From Geosiphon pyriformis uo1 (taxonomy: Eukaryota > Fungi > Glomeromycota), in assembly GCA_016748015.1 (NCBI GenBank), contig JAAOMT010000607.1, positions 1-64,000 on the forward strand: a stretch of 64,000 nt of DNA. The letters are read 5' to 3'. The notes under the pieces were generated by a model. That model saw only the letters and a list, made by a program, of their open reading frames with translations, searched no databases and was not told the DNA's origin. The position numbers were made by a program, and so were the translations under genes. Shown here piece by piece: positions 26,537 through 40,423 of this stretch; positions within the stretch are counted from its first letter, which is position 1, and each line of letters starts with the position of its first letter.

Positions 26537-29500
26537 TCAACTTTGTGCATCTACAAAGATCTGATTGCCTTCATCTTCGTCCTCGCTGATCTTGGCGTTG
26601 TGTTTTTGTTCCACAGTCACTGTTTCAACGACCATATTATCAAGGTCAATTTCAGTGGGGTCAATTTCGTTACCGAATTCATCAACATAAACCGTTTCAT
26701 TGACGATGATTTCTTCAGTTATAATTTTAGGATTCACCGTCGACTCACGTTTTGTCGAGGCACCTACTACGGTTGAAGCATTGGTAAAAGTGCTGTCGCG
26801 ACGAGGATCATTGTAAACAAAGCTCCCCAGATTCAGAGAAGAAAATTCGTTCTTAGAATTTAAGGAATCAGCTTTTGTTGAGGTTTGAGATGCGTGAGTC
26901 ATTGTGCTATCCCTTCTTTCCATCTCTTTATTAACAATTGGAACCATATGTAGTGGTAAAATTGGAGAAAAACGATCTGAAGTGAAGTTGTCAAATTCTT
27001 TTCCAACTGGTTTGGCATATTTTGCAGCCCCTTGAGCATCCAAAACATCATGGTCACCCGAAATTACTTGAGCAAAATTTGAATGTGTAGATTTTATAGA
27101 AATCACATCACCATCTCGAATATCCGGCTGACCCAAATTAAACCGAGAGAAACTTTCATTGTTTTCTTGTTCAGGAGACATTAAAAATTGTTCAACGTTG
27201 GCGGCGATCCGGGCATTTTCGATTAAAGAAAAATTTGTGGTTTGACGATCATCGGAGTCAGTAGGAGTGATTGAGACTTTTGGATTCAAAGACATGTCAT
27301 TATCATTATCCTTGAAAGCTGAGGAAATAGAATCAGGTGAAGAATTTCCTATGAAAACTTGGTTAGGTAAATCTTGGTGGCTTTTAAGAGCACTATTTCC
27401 ATTGTTTGAAAGCGAGATTTTATTTGAACCAATTGAATTAACAGTGGACAAAATTTGTTCATCGGAATGAGAAGGTCGAGATAAACTATCTACAGAGGAA
27501 TTAAGAGATTTAGTCTGAGTTTTTAGGGTGTCTTGCGGCATCTTTTGAGTTGATTCAACAACATTTTTATCAACCAAAAAAGCAGATCCAGCCAGAATAG
27601 CTCCAACATTTTTTGTAGTAATTTCAGACGGGCTAATTGTAGCTGGCAAAGGTTTTCGCATTGGACGCTCAAATTGAGTAGGTTTCGAGTTATTGCTTGA
27701 ATTCAGGTCGTTGTTTGGAGACATTAATGGTTCACTCTTCTCCAAAGCTGCTAGAGAAGGTGCCGTGTCAGAAGACTCGGGAATTTTCTCGGACGATTCA
27801 TCGCGAGTTGGAGGTTTCGAATTTCTCTTTCCTCCTAATCCTATTGCAGAAATGGCCGCCATGGCTCCTCCTGCAGCAGCAAGGCCAATTTTTTTACCTA
27901 TTCCAATTGATGGTGTCGATGATGGGAGAGCATTAGAAGAGCGTGTATTAGAATGAGGTAATCCTAGGGTTGGCGATATTGGTTCAGTCTTAGATTTTTT
28001 GAGTTTCTCATAAGCCGAATTTGGTGATTTCACATCTGCATCCATAATACCCCCAGCTGCAAATTCATTCGGTGGTAGGGCGCCCATTGTTTCAGTAGGT
28101 TTGGAATAAATTGTTGGCTGCTGATTTCCTTGTACTTCATGAGTCCCATCTGATGAGATCGGCACGGCTACATGAGAAGGTAGGGTTTTTGCTCGCTCAC
28201 CCTGGGATTTTTTCGCATTTGGCAGAAATAATGCTCCGGGTGTCGACTGCCCAGAAGAAGATGGACTTGAATTCGGTGCACCATTCTCACTACCCAGCAA
28301 TAATTGAGAATCTTCCGCCCTTTCTTTGGAATTTTTGATGTAATCAGGATTGACGAGATAGAGTTTCATAAAGTTCTCAAGATTATTGATTCGTTCAATT
28401 ATGCCTGCTCTGCCATCACTTTTTTCTAATAATGGGACTCCTTTATGGAATTGACCTTTCAATCGCTTCTTGGTTTGTCGTTTGCAACAGCACAGTTGAC
28501 AGCATCCCCAAGGACAAAGGGGTCTCTTGCCTTAAAATATTTAATATTAGCTTAAATCATGAAACATAAATAGATACGCTATCAGTGAGGTTTGAACATA
28601 CCAAAACAACACCACATTATACCAATAAGTAGAGCTAAAAAGGCTGCGATTAAACCAATGGTTTGTAAAAGCTAAATTTAGATGAAGAAAAAATTTAGAG
28701 ATATACCATTTTAATCAAAATAAAACGTTTTCTGCTTTAAATAGGAAATTTTGAGCTGCGCTACTTACGTCGTTCATTCTGTCAATTTTAAGCCGAATAA
28801 AATAAACATGAAATGAAAATCAATTAAAAACGAAAAGTTGAAATAATTTATTGAAAAACCACCCACCGAGTTTCTCGATTTATTTCTACCACCCAATCAT
28901 ATGTTCCCACAAATAAGCCTGCATAAAGACCGCCAACAATGTTAACTGGGGGTTCCATATAAGCGGTGTTTGTAACTTCTACATGTAGCGATCAAACAAT
29001 TAATTACTTGAAGGACCCGAAAAATTTTATCTACTTTAAATATTATGAACTTACCATGCTTAGTAGTAATATATGTAATTTCGAAAGGAATTGTTGGAAT
29101 TCCAATATAACTGACCCATTTTGGATTGATTCGTCTTGAAATGTGTCGAGACACAAACATGAAGTTTTCCTTTTGATAAAAAAAGATTCTCTTGATATCA
29201 AATTCATTTTCATCATGACGGAACTGAAATTTTTTTAAAGATAAACCTTACAGCGAAAGGTCCAATTATTTGCTTATTCGCTGAATCGAGGCTTCCATAG
29301 AAATTTGGGTCTAATTTTTTAATTGTTTTACTCGTCTTATCTGGTAAAGTACGTGGATCGAATTCTAGATTGGTGCATTGAAATGTCAATTGTGAATAAT
29401 TGTGCCATTGTCACTTTTCGTAGTTAACTCAAAAAGAATATTTTAAAGCATACCTGTGTCAACGGCACTTACAAACATTCCTAAATCATTGTTCGCGTTA

Positions 29501-30136
29501 TACTCTGTATCATCTATAAGAATGCTCAACTGAACTCCATAAAGTTTTTCATCAAAAATGTAACTCAAAGGCTTTACATCCGGTGTTGAAAAATTGTATG
29601 TTATCATATCAGCATTGTATTTTCCAGTTTTGCCTTTTTCTTTTGGCTGTCGCAAATAGGATGTGCATTGATTGGTGGTTGAAGAAGCATCACGACCGTC
29701 TGTGAAATTGATGATAGAAACCAATGAAGTATAATTAAATTATAATGAATCAAAAACTGAATAATTTCGAGTTTGTTGAAACATACCCAGATACTTGTAT
29801 TGACAAGAAACATTAAACCGATAATTAAATTCTATATGTAAATCTAAAAAATGATCCAATTTGTATGAGTAATTGCCTTTTGTTATCAAAAACATTTTAC
29901 CATCACAATAATTGCAGGTATTAAGAATATTTACTTGGCATCGGTATTTCTTTTTTTAATAAACGCTGAACTTTAACGACCGGTTGCTCGCTCACCACAA
30001 TCCATATCTCAGAGAGGACATAGAGCACGGTAACAATAGCCAATAGTATCAATATACACGTCTGTGCTCTTTTCAACGATTTTGGGTCTTCACTTTTTCG
30101 TTTCAATTTTTCGCTTAAGGTTTCTTTGCGTTCCAT
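26537..30136 (-). CDS. Two-TM membrane protein with extracellular/luminal domain and ~600-aa disordered C-tail; about 972 aa, 9 exons (30136-29935, 29843-29787, 29699-29454, 29364-29252, 29169-29055, 28978-28867, 28778-28769, 28671-28602, 28530-26537)
   Basis: All eight introns are GT-AG with consistent phases. TM1 CILILLAIVTVLYVLSEIWIVV; TM2 LLQTIGLIAAFLALLIGIMWCCFG followed by RPLCPWGCCQLCCC and ERINNLENFMKLYLVNPDY. Confidence 0.8.
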
Positions 30137-32318
30137 TTCAATTGAATTTTTTTTACTCAAAATTTAAAAGACATATATTCACGGGAATAAATCTTTGCCG
30201 AAGACCGCGTTAAAATTTTAGACGTTCAACCCTTGTAATCAAATTTAATTTGATCAGACTGGCAAGACATGAAAGATGCAAGAGAGAAAGAAAGGGTTGT
30301 GGCAGAAATCTTTGAATAGTTTGAACCTTTTCTACTCTCATCTCAATGGCAGGGAGCTTCTTGCATCTCTGACCCATGTCGTGTAGCTGTTACTTTTAGT
30401 TGGGTCAGTTGCAACAAGTGCAGGTTGTTGATCTTTGCTCTGAATGATTGAATGATTCTCACTGAAGACATTTTAATATGTTAAGTCAAGGAAGCGAAGG
30501 TTAATCGGTACGACATGGTCTTGTTGGCATTTGTTACAGTTCTCTTTTCACAACTTGATAATGCAGATTTGCCTTATCCTAAACAATTGGTACTCAGATG
30601 ACAAATCTTGTAACGTGACCTCTCTTGTTTCTGTGATGTATAAATTTTCAGTAAACCAGCCTTTGCATAAATTTCTTGGATGAAAAAGCATTAGTCCCGT
30701 ATCCCTTGAAAGATATTGTATTAAATGTACGCAGTTCGGGAAAAAGTGAAGAAGGGAAAAAAGTATTCATGAGACTTTAATGATGAAATTTCACAGAATA
30801 ATGGAGAATTTCGATTGTTTCGGCCGAGGTCATTATGCTAAAATTCTTTTTAGGAAGTTTGAACAAAAATCAAATCTTTTGTTTTATTATTTTGTATGTA
30901 AAAGACAAACAAAAAGGGACTTTTGATTATTTTTTATAAAAAAAAATTTCACCATGTGGTCAATTGCTTTGTAGGATATTATTTGGGATACATATTATGA
31001 TTAAATATAATTTATGGTTGAAAAAAACATTTAATAATCCATGATATTGTTTAAAATGAAACGACAAGATATCTAAATAATGATAAATATATCTTTTAGA
31101 ACTGTTGGTCAAATGAAAACAATATATTTCTAACAATAACTTTATTCCAAAACGGGTATTCATTATACTTAATTTCCATTAAGATGTGAAACCCATTGTG
31201 CTATCAATATTTAAGTTTTATACTGTGAAAATATTTACCTTTGATATTGAAGTTTCACACACAGAAAATTTTTAAATTTTCTGCACATTGACTTGATAAT
31301 TGATTTAAAATTTTCATTTGGGAATAAGAATTCTTGCTGCTATTATTTAATACAATAGGAAACGAACCGAGGAAGAAAATTTCATTTCAATGAATCATGG
31401 GCAGTATCGGTACCAATACCTTGGTCATAATTTTTTTTTAATAATACCCCTGTTGGGCTTCTTGTGTATTAGGCCTTTAATTCTTAGCTTCTTGTATTGT
31501 TATAGATGTATTTCTAAAAATGAAGAATTTGTAAAATTGATTAAAGAAAATTATAGATTTTAAAATTAAATTTCATTAGTTTTTTTTTTGAAATTTTTAT
31601 TTTTGTAAAAATTCAATTAATTTTCCGAACTTTTATGTTTGTAAAAGAAAAAAATAATCCTTCCCAGAATATAATTTGAAAACAATTTCTTATGATTATT
31701 TTTTCTTTTCACATAGATTGGAAGTATTGACGATCGTTAAATACTTGTCATGTGATAAGCCTTCATCACAATTTAAAACAAGCAAATAGATGAAAATTTA
31801 TTTTTTTCGAAGATAAACTCTTCTAAAAACTCATAACTCTCTTCCTGTAGTATAATATAATTCTGGATCAATTCAAATTTTTAACCCTCGGAGTTTCTCT
31901 AAATTTATACACAACTACAGTTGGAAAAAAAATTATTGAGTGAAGGGTACAGAAAGAATGGTCTAGTAGAAGGAAACGCTGATAAGATTAGTGCAAAACA
32001 GTGTATGGGTTGGCGAATGAAATGGTTTGGTAGTCTATTTCAAAAATTAAAGTAGAGAGATTTTTTGGATCAATTAAATTAAACGATACTAACTATTTTA
32101 TCAATGTACGAGATTTGAATGCGGGATTCGTGATTGAAAATTCTATAGGTGTATGTATATTTTCGGGGTGTTAATGGTATTGGAGGATTGTAACTTTGTT
32201 CTATCGACGATAACAACGGACTCTGTCCAGCCGAGTTTGATATTTTTCCAGCAGTCTCAATGTTGTGATACTGATGCTTCCAACTTAAAATTATACACTT
32301 GTTGCATTTTTTTCTTAT

Positions 32319-33062
32319 TTATGGGAAAGTCAAGAGCTGATGTTTAAGGGCTTCATCGAATTTATCGCAAGATTTTCCGTTACAGAAACTCGATTTGAAA
32401 GCTTTTGGAAAAATTCCCATTTTAGTCTTGATATTTTTTGAAATTCTGAGCGATAATTTGGTGATTTGATTCGTGGTCAGGCCACTTTTTGATAATTTGG
32501 TATGTACAGTTGAGAATAAGGTTGTTTCATAGTCAGAAATACCATTTTCAAGAGCACTATTGATTGTTTTAACATTTCTTTTCTTGATTAATCCAAAGAA
32601 ATGACATATTGAAGGAGGATTTCCACAAATGAAATTCATCTTTTCACAATCTTTTTCGGTCCATGAAACACCTATTGGTGGTTGTTTGACGCGTTTATGG
32701 CAATCACCCATGAAAGGTGGGCTTTGATGAAATATCGAATCGTATACCAATGTAGATAAACTATTATCGAATTCAGATTCTATTCTCTTTATATGTGATT
32801 TAACAGATTCCATGATCTCCGTTTTCACACTTGCTGCAACTTTAGTTGGAAGATATGAACGAAGATTGACTCCAGATAAAACTGATGACGTCACATTATT
32901 GGAAAGTGCTACCCAAATGGGTTTATCAACTTTTCTATATCTTTCGGCGAACGCATCACTAATCGATTGGCGACAATTTTTTTCACAGGCTTCTATAGTC
33001 TTTGCAGACAAGAGAAATAGTAAAGTGGACCCTGCAAAGAAAATAATTTTAAAAAATTTCAT
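32319..33062 (-). CDS. Secreted Cys-containing protein of unknown function, 247 aa, intronless
   Basis: Signal peptide MKFFKIIFFAGSTLLFLLSAKTIEA; Cys motifs CEKNC, GDC, DC....ICGNPPSICH and C....C. Confidence 0.85.
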   Translation of the reverse strand: MKFFKIIFFAGSTLLFLLSAKTIEACEKNCRQSISDAFAERYRKVDKPIWVALSNNVTSSVLSGVNLRSYLPTKVAASVKTEIMESVKSHIKRIESEFDNSLSTLVYDSIFHQSPPFMGDCHKRVKQPPIGVSWTEKDCEKMNFICGNPPSICHFFGLIKKRNVKTINSALENGISDYETTLFSTVHTKLSKSGLTTNQITKLSLRISKNIKTKMGIFPKAFKSSFCNGKSCDKFDEALKHQLLTFP

Positions 33063-35879
33063 GATGTTGAAATTTTTACAGTGAGAGGTTTTTATTTGAA
33101 AATAAGTGCTGTCGTGGTTCCCCTGTGTGTGTCTCGATTAAAATCTTTTGGAGTGTTGATTCGATTCTCGAGCTCGAGTTGAAAATGAAAGTTTGTGAGA
33201 TATGGAGGAATTAGGTGAAAATAGGCTAGGTAAGATGATTTGGGCTCTTAAAATTAGAAATTTAAACTTGAAATTTTGTAAAAATCAAGTTTTTGCCAGC
33301 AAAAAAATTTTTTAAACTAATAAAAAACTACAGCCAGCTGTGTGGGTATGATGTGGTCGGGTTTGAAAGAAGTAATAGTAATGGTATGATGGGTTTATAT
33401 GAGTACACCTTCAAAGGTGAGGAGGGAAAGACGTGATTAAATGAATGAGAGGGATTTTTTGGGCTGAGAGCCTTAATAGAGAAGGAAATTAAGGAAGAGG
33501 ATAACCACGACAGTGGGCGAAAAGGACGGAAAAATGTTGTGAGTGAAGGAGTGGGTGTTAAAAAGCACATTTAGAATCAATCAATAGCTTATATCTTGGA
33601 TTGTTGCACATCGCATTCGATGCATTAGCTGTACAAAAATTAGGCTTAAAAATTTATTATACATTTAATTTGATTTATATTGGGCTAAAATCATGCGTTT
33701 AGTTAAAGGTCTACCACCAATATCAATGTCATTTCAGATAGATTAAATGTTGAACGCCTATCTTTAATTTTCCATGGGTGGACTAACATGCATTTGTCCA
33801 AAAAGGTTTAAACTTTTTGGCGAATCTTTTTTCTTTTTTCGTAATTTGGTCCAACTAACAGTTGTACATGCGAATTGGCAATTTACTTTGTGTTCCAGTA
33901 CCTTGATATTTGAATGACATAGTAGATGAGGTGGCAAATTACGTTAATTAAAATGGATAATGTTTATTAATTTTATGAACTCTGCTTTGAAAAGCAAAAA
34001 ATTTAAGGTTTGTACCATTTGATCGAGAATATGACTTACAGAGATGTTTTAATTATCAGACTTATTACCTAAAGACCCGAGTGTTAGTGTTACCTTTTAA
34101 ATTTGATGAGTTTGATCACAATCAACTTCGGCGAATAATTAATAGAAAGTTAATTTCAGGGAAAATCAAAAATTTCTATCAATCAGATTTTTTATACTAT
34201 GAGGGGAGATTCTCCTTTTTAAAAGGGTCTAATATGTTAATTTTATCAGCCTCCAAACATTCTCAATCAGATTTCATTCGACATTAATGGCCATGGGAGA
34301 ACATTCACATCATTTTTAAGATTTTCCTGAAAGCAAATCAATACAAAGTAGAAAAACAGCCACACACACACATTTGATCTGAATATTTTTCATATCAATT
34401 TTTTTTTAGCAAGCTTTAAAATCTTGTTATTTTCTCTTTTAGTTATGATTTAAATCTTGGTTGATTATTATTTAAAAGTTTTTTTTTCTCTTCATCATTG
34501 AATCTAATAAAGTATTGTGAGTTTTATTACAATAAACATAATTTGCTGTAGCTAAAAGTTCTAGCTTTGAACCTCTGTAATTTGTATGTAAGAAAACAGT
34601 TTCCTATTACTTTTTAGTTGAAAGAAACATACTTAATATAAAGAACTTATTAATCTATAAAAAGCATACAATATCAAATTTTATTTCATTTTTTACCTTT
34701 ATAAAAAGTTAAGATGTTTAATATAATCTATGAAAAAAATTATTTGGATCTGATACTTTTTTGGGTAACTGTATGAGAATTTAAGGGTGACAAACAAAAT
34801 TCCAAGTTTCAGATAACGCTTGGGAGCATATTTTAAAGATTTGGTTTTGGGCAGGGAAACTTACGAATGATTCAAATTTTTGACAATTGATTTATTGAAA
34901 TTAAAATTTTCAAAGAAAAAATTTCAATATCTTGTTGGAAAAACATGAAGCTCAATTCACTTAATGATTATATTGTAAGATATTATGAAATTTTATTTTT
35001 TGGTTGTTGGGTTAAAGTTCAAATTTTTCGGTAAGCTACACAGCATAAATAGTCAAACTTGAGCTTTTATTAAAATTCAATAAGTGGGAAATTTGATTTG
35101 CATTTAATTTTTGATACATGTACATCAAAAATTTGAACCTGCTTTTCAGCTAATTTCTGAGGAAAAAAGTGAAGCATAAGAATGGTTAATTAAAATGAAG
35201 GAGTAAATTTCTGTTTGAATGAAATGAATATAAAGCAGCAACATGTGGAAATAAAATAAAAAATTGGTTATGATTGGGTTATATCATAAGTTTTCATATT
35301 AACTAAAAAAATTTTTGCAACGATGAAATATTAATTTGAAATTAAAGTTGGGAAGCTTCGAATTAGAATATTTATATTTGACGTTAGTATTGACCAATGA
35401 GAAAAATTTTGCATGACCCCAGTTTTTCTGAGACTTACTTAAGCTTATATCATAATCAAGAGTCGTAGGTTTAGTCGTCATACGAAACGAAAAATATTTC
35501 CTTTAACAATAAATCGAGATTTTTCCAAAAAGAATTGATTTCTTTGGATTTCAGATTAAAAAAGTATGACAGTTTTCTCTCGGACTTGGCCTTTGGTTAC
35601 AAAATATTTTTATGTACAAAATAAAATATAGGGTTTTTTGATAGTTGATTGGTTTTATATTTATTTATATTACTTTCATAATTTAGTAAGAATATATTCT
35701 TTGATCTGAGTAGCGGTTCAGAAAGATTTGTCTTTGTTTTTGCATGATCAAACAGGAAATTAATTTTTTACAGCTGCTTTAACTTTAGTGAAGCATATGA
35801 TAGTTGAAACTAATGGGTCGTACTTTTCAAAAACTTTTTTGGAGTTTTTATTAATAGCACGTGATAAAAAATTAATTTT

Positions 35880-36520
35880 ACAAATTGATCACAGTGCGAT
35901 TACTTTCGATAATCAATTCGCAACGCCGCAACATTGAATTTACTAAATTTATTGGCATGATTTTTGGCAAAGAATTCCCTTCTTCAACCATATATCGCTC
36001 ATATTTTGCAACATTTGTTTTTCTAATTCACACTTAACGATTGCCCACAGATTTTCAATAGGATTTAGATCCGAACTACACGATGGCCAGTCAATAACTT
36101 CAAGTACATGTTTTGACAAAATTTCAAAACAAAACTTAGCATTCATGATATGCCAAAACAACATAAGCTGATTTTCCCCTTCATATAAAAACCCCTACAC
36201 AAATATTTTTATACAATCTTTTTGTCTTGGACAAATTAGTCTTTTTCTCTCTTACCAATGTCCCAATTGTGTTTGAGAACAATTGAAATGTTGTTTCATC
36301 CCAAAATGAAGTTTTTTTTTTAAATTATCAATAAGACAAAATTTGGCCTATTCAAGAGTTCTCTGCTTTTAAACTTGCATGAACATTGACATAGTAATTG
36401 GTGAGCGTTTCATATATTCCAACTTTAACATTGTATCGTACAGTTGAGATAGGTAGCTTATTGATTTTAATTAATTTTAGAACGGAACGCTCACCTTCAC
36501 TTCAGGAGGAGATCAGCTTT
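35880..36520 (-). mobile_element. Degenerate Tc1/mariner transposase relic
   Basis: IDWPSCSSDLNPIENLWAIVK (WPxxSPDLNPIENLW motif) and an upstream FWDETTFQ first-Asp motif; frameshifted. Confidence 0.8.
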
Positions 36521-38354
36521 TTTCTTGCTATATTCTTTGACCAACAGATTCCTTTTTAATGTGAATTATAAACAAAACTGCAAAATTAATTCCGCTTTGG
36601 AAATATTCTATACATGTAATAACTTTTATTTGTTGAGTGTTAAGTTTTTTTTGTCACAAGATGTATATTTTGATTTGTGCGTGAAATAAAATTTCGAAAA
36701 TATTAGTGCAGAAATAAAAATTTGTTTTTTTTTATTTGCTCAATACCAAAAAGATGTGTAAATTTTTAATTGGAAATTTTATATAATATGTTATTTAAAT
36801 ATTATCGAATTATTATTATTCAAATATTTAGCTAAAAAAATTAGCCTAACATATTTAATTAATAAATTAATTAATTAATTAAAGCAAAATACTTAAGATT
36901 TAGAGATTTGAAATACATAATTTTTGTTTATTAACAAAAAAACAATACTTTAAATTAAAATATAAATTGCAATTAATCAAAACAAAACTTTTTCTCTCTT
37001 AATTTTCATAATCACAATCAAACCAAAAAGGTAAAAAATAACTAAATACTCAAAAAGTCTTTTCAATCGTAAAGATAGCTAGAGAAAATATTGTAAAAGC
37101 AATGTTCTTAAATATTAAAATCACAATACAGTTTTTGGTCGTTTCAATAGCATTTTCTTTTTTTTGGCCAGAAGTTTTTTTAATCAAAGTTTCTATAAAA
37201 TAACCAGTTTTAGGGTTGTTACATAATTACAAAAAGCCCAAAGGTTTTTAATAACAAGTCAGTAACAAACTATTATATTCTTTAATTATTATTGTTTCTT
37301 TTTGGATGAATGGCCTTTACTTTGACATTTGATGTATTTTTTTAAATTTATATAACTTATATTAAGATCATATTTTAATTTTAAAATAATTTTATTAATA
37401 TTAAATTAGTTGTTAAAAACAATATTAAACTTTTATGCGTAAAATTTACATCTTAAAAATTCTTTAAATGCTGTAATTAAAAATTAATTTTGCTGAATTT
37501 TTTTTCTCTACCACATTTAAGATTGCAAAATCTATTGTGGCTTTTAATTTCGTTTTTGCAAAGTTTTTCTTGCTATGTTCTCTAATAATATTAAAAATGC
37601 ATTTAAAGTATTAGATAAAATTGTTGCTATTAAGTTAAAATTAATAATATATTATTGTTTATTTTAAAAACTCTGAATTTTTTTGACTTTACTTTTGTTT
37701 AAATTTAGCATAAACTATTTTGTTGTCTAATTTCTTATTTTAAAGCCATTATTCAGTTTGTTGAATTTTGGTTTGCTACATTTAATTAAAACTTTAAATT
37801 CAGATTGAATTTTTTGGAATTTTAGATACAAAAATTAATTTGTTTTGCAAAATTAATAATAGAACTTATTGGTTTTTGGTAGCATACATGGATCATTTAT
37901 TAATTATTACAAACAGGCAAATTGTTAAAGTCAAAAAAAAGTGCAGTCTATGCTATTTGAATGAAAATACTATGAAAAATAATAATAACTTTCTTGTAAG
38001 TAATAATATATACAATTGCTTAGCTTTGATATAAAATTTAGTAAAAAAAAATTTGAATGAATGAGTTTGTTAATAATAGTTTGTTTTTAAATTACTTTAT
38101 TGGGAAAATGTTTTTTAATTTAGTGTAGTCTTAACATAAGTTTGAATGGCCGGTTACATATAAAAAGCACATAAGCTGTTTTTATTATGTAATATTTTAT
38201 GTTATGTAAAGTAAATTGTAGTTAAATTACACTTTATTAAAACATGACATAATATAATTAATAAGATTTAATTTCCAAAATAATTTAAACTTTTTTTAAT
38301 TTTAAAATTAAATATTTTTTTTATAAAATAATCGGAATTTTTTCAATTTTATTT

Positions 38355-38512
<158 letters not shown>

Positions 38513-39400
38513 TTTTTTAGTTGTTTACAATTATGAATAAATTAGTTATTTATATTTTAAATATTTATTAAAACTGAAATGTTATTTTATTTTTTGAAAA
38601 AATTAAATTATAATTATTATTTTTAAATTTTATTTTATTAAATAAAAAAATAAATAAATAAATAAATTTTAAGTTAAAAATTTAATTCAATAACTTTTAA
38701 ATTGAAAATATCAAATTTTAAAAGTATTTAATAAGTTTAACAAAATTAAATTTTATAATTTGATGATATTTTTTAGTTGCAAAATTTTACATATTATAAT
38801 AGACTTTAAAATAAACTTCAGATTAAATTAAACAAATATATAAAATCAGATATTTAATTTTATGAATATTATTATCAAATAAAATATAAAAAAGTTTTAA
38901 AATTGGGTATTTTTTTTTTATTTAAAAACATATAATTTCTAAAAAATGAAAATCATTTCTCAATTAAAAAAATTTATACGACCATTTTTTTCCAGTTCGT
39001 TTTTTCAAATGTGTCACATGTAACAGAATATTTACTCCTGCATGTTTTTGTTTTTGCCGTTTCAAAAAGAAGACGTCTAGCAGTGTGATGCAGATAATCA
39101 TTTAGCATTATGATCCAGAATCAGAATTTAGCATTATGAATTTGGGGAATGAAAGTATCAAAGACAATAAATTTGAAAGTCTAGGTAAAATGTGGACAAT
39201 TGTAACCCATATTTGGCCGATTTTTATAAATCGTGCATCACTGTTATGAATAAAATAGGTAGAAAAACGATGGGAGTCAAAATAGGTAACTGGACTTTAC
39301 TTCGTTTCATTTCTCATTTTTTTTCTTCAATATATATATTCATCATCTCATTTCTAAAAAAAAATTCTTTTAATTTTTATCACAACCCTTTTTTCTCACA

Positions 39401-40106
39401 ATGAATAATATATTTTTCGTTTCTTTTTTAATTCTGGCGATATCATTTTCTTTTAATGTAAACGCTGTCCCAATTAAATCTTTACCTTGGACAAAAAGAA
39501 TAAAATTTCCATCACCAGGTGTGAAGGCATTCGTTAAATTTGATTCAAAGCATTTGTAAGTATTTGTTTACTAGATATCTTTGATTTTCTAATTAAATTT
39601 CCTAATGGTTATAAATTTTAAATCTAAAATTTGATCACATTCTTTTAAAGAAAAGGGTTTTTTCAAATACACGATAATCTAATTGAAAGTGGTACTCGAG
39701 TGACAGGATATTGGCGAAAAACATCATTCCCTAAAAAAACTTTAGTATTCTATTCTTACATCAACGCAAATTGTAATACGGTAGAAACTGATACGGTGTT
39801 GGAAGTTGACGTAACTAACGATTTTACACCTAAATATGTAAATGAAAAAGGGGAAAGCAAATTATTTACAAGAAGTAATTTGTCATGGCTATATGGAAGA
39901 CACGTGCAAACTGTTATCGTGGCTTATGAGGTTAAATATACGGTATGCGTTTTTTTTTTTTTATTTAAATTAAAAGATTATTAGTTTTTTTGGCGTCACT
40001 TAATCAGGGTACTAAGTTTTTTTTTTGTAATTTTTTATAGAAATCTGGAAAGGAATATGTTCAATCGCTGACATGTTCACCAATTCAATACGAAGCAGAT
40101 GAATAA
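39401..40106 (+). CDS. Small secreted protein, about 170 aa, possible Cu/Zn-SOD-like beta-sandwich; exons 39401-39555, 39651-39942, 40041-40106
   Basis: Signal peptide MNNIFFVSFLILAISFSFNVNA, KR dibasic site, two Cys; canonical introns give an open frame to TAA at 40104-40106. Confidence 0.8.
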
Positions 40107-40423
40107 TAAACATCAGCTGAGCAAAACAAGTCAGAAATCTAAAAAAGAACATTTCTTAAAAATCCTTGAGAGAATTCAAAGTAAACTTGAAACCATAAAT
40201 TAAAATAAAATACGTCGGACTCTAGAATTTTTTTTTGAATCAAAAATCATCATATTCAAGAGAAACTTTTTAAAATCAAAAATTCCACATCATTGCCATA
40301 AAGTTTTGTTTCAAAAATTTAGAGAAGAAAGAATATTTATTTCAAATAAATCCAATTCAATTGATCCCACTAAAAATTTCAATATATCTCTTGCTGCATA
40401 TAATCAATGGGAAAAATATTTCA

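Noticed and set aside
26543-28338. Several plus-strand ORFs
   Set aside because: Antisense to the long final exon of the 2-TM protein; no independent coding signal.
33328-33570. 80-aa minus-strand ORF
   Set aside because: Arises from a purine/pyrimidine-skewed tract upstream of the 247-aa gene; more likely promoter or UTR.
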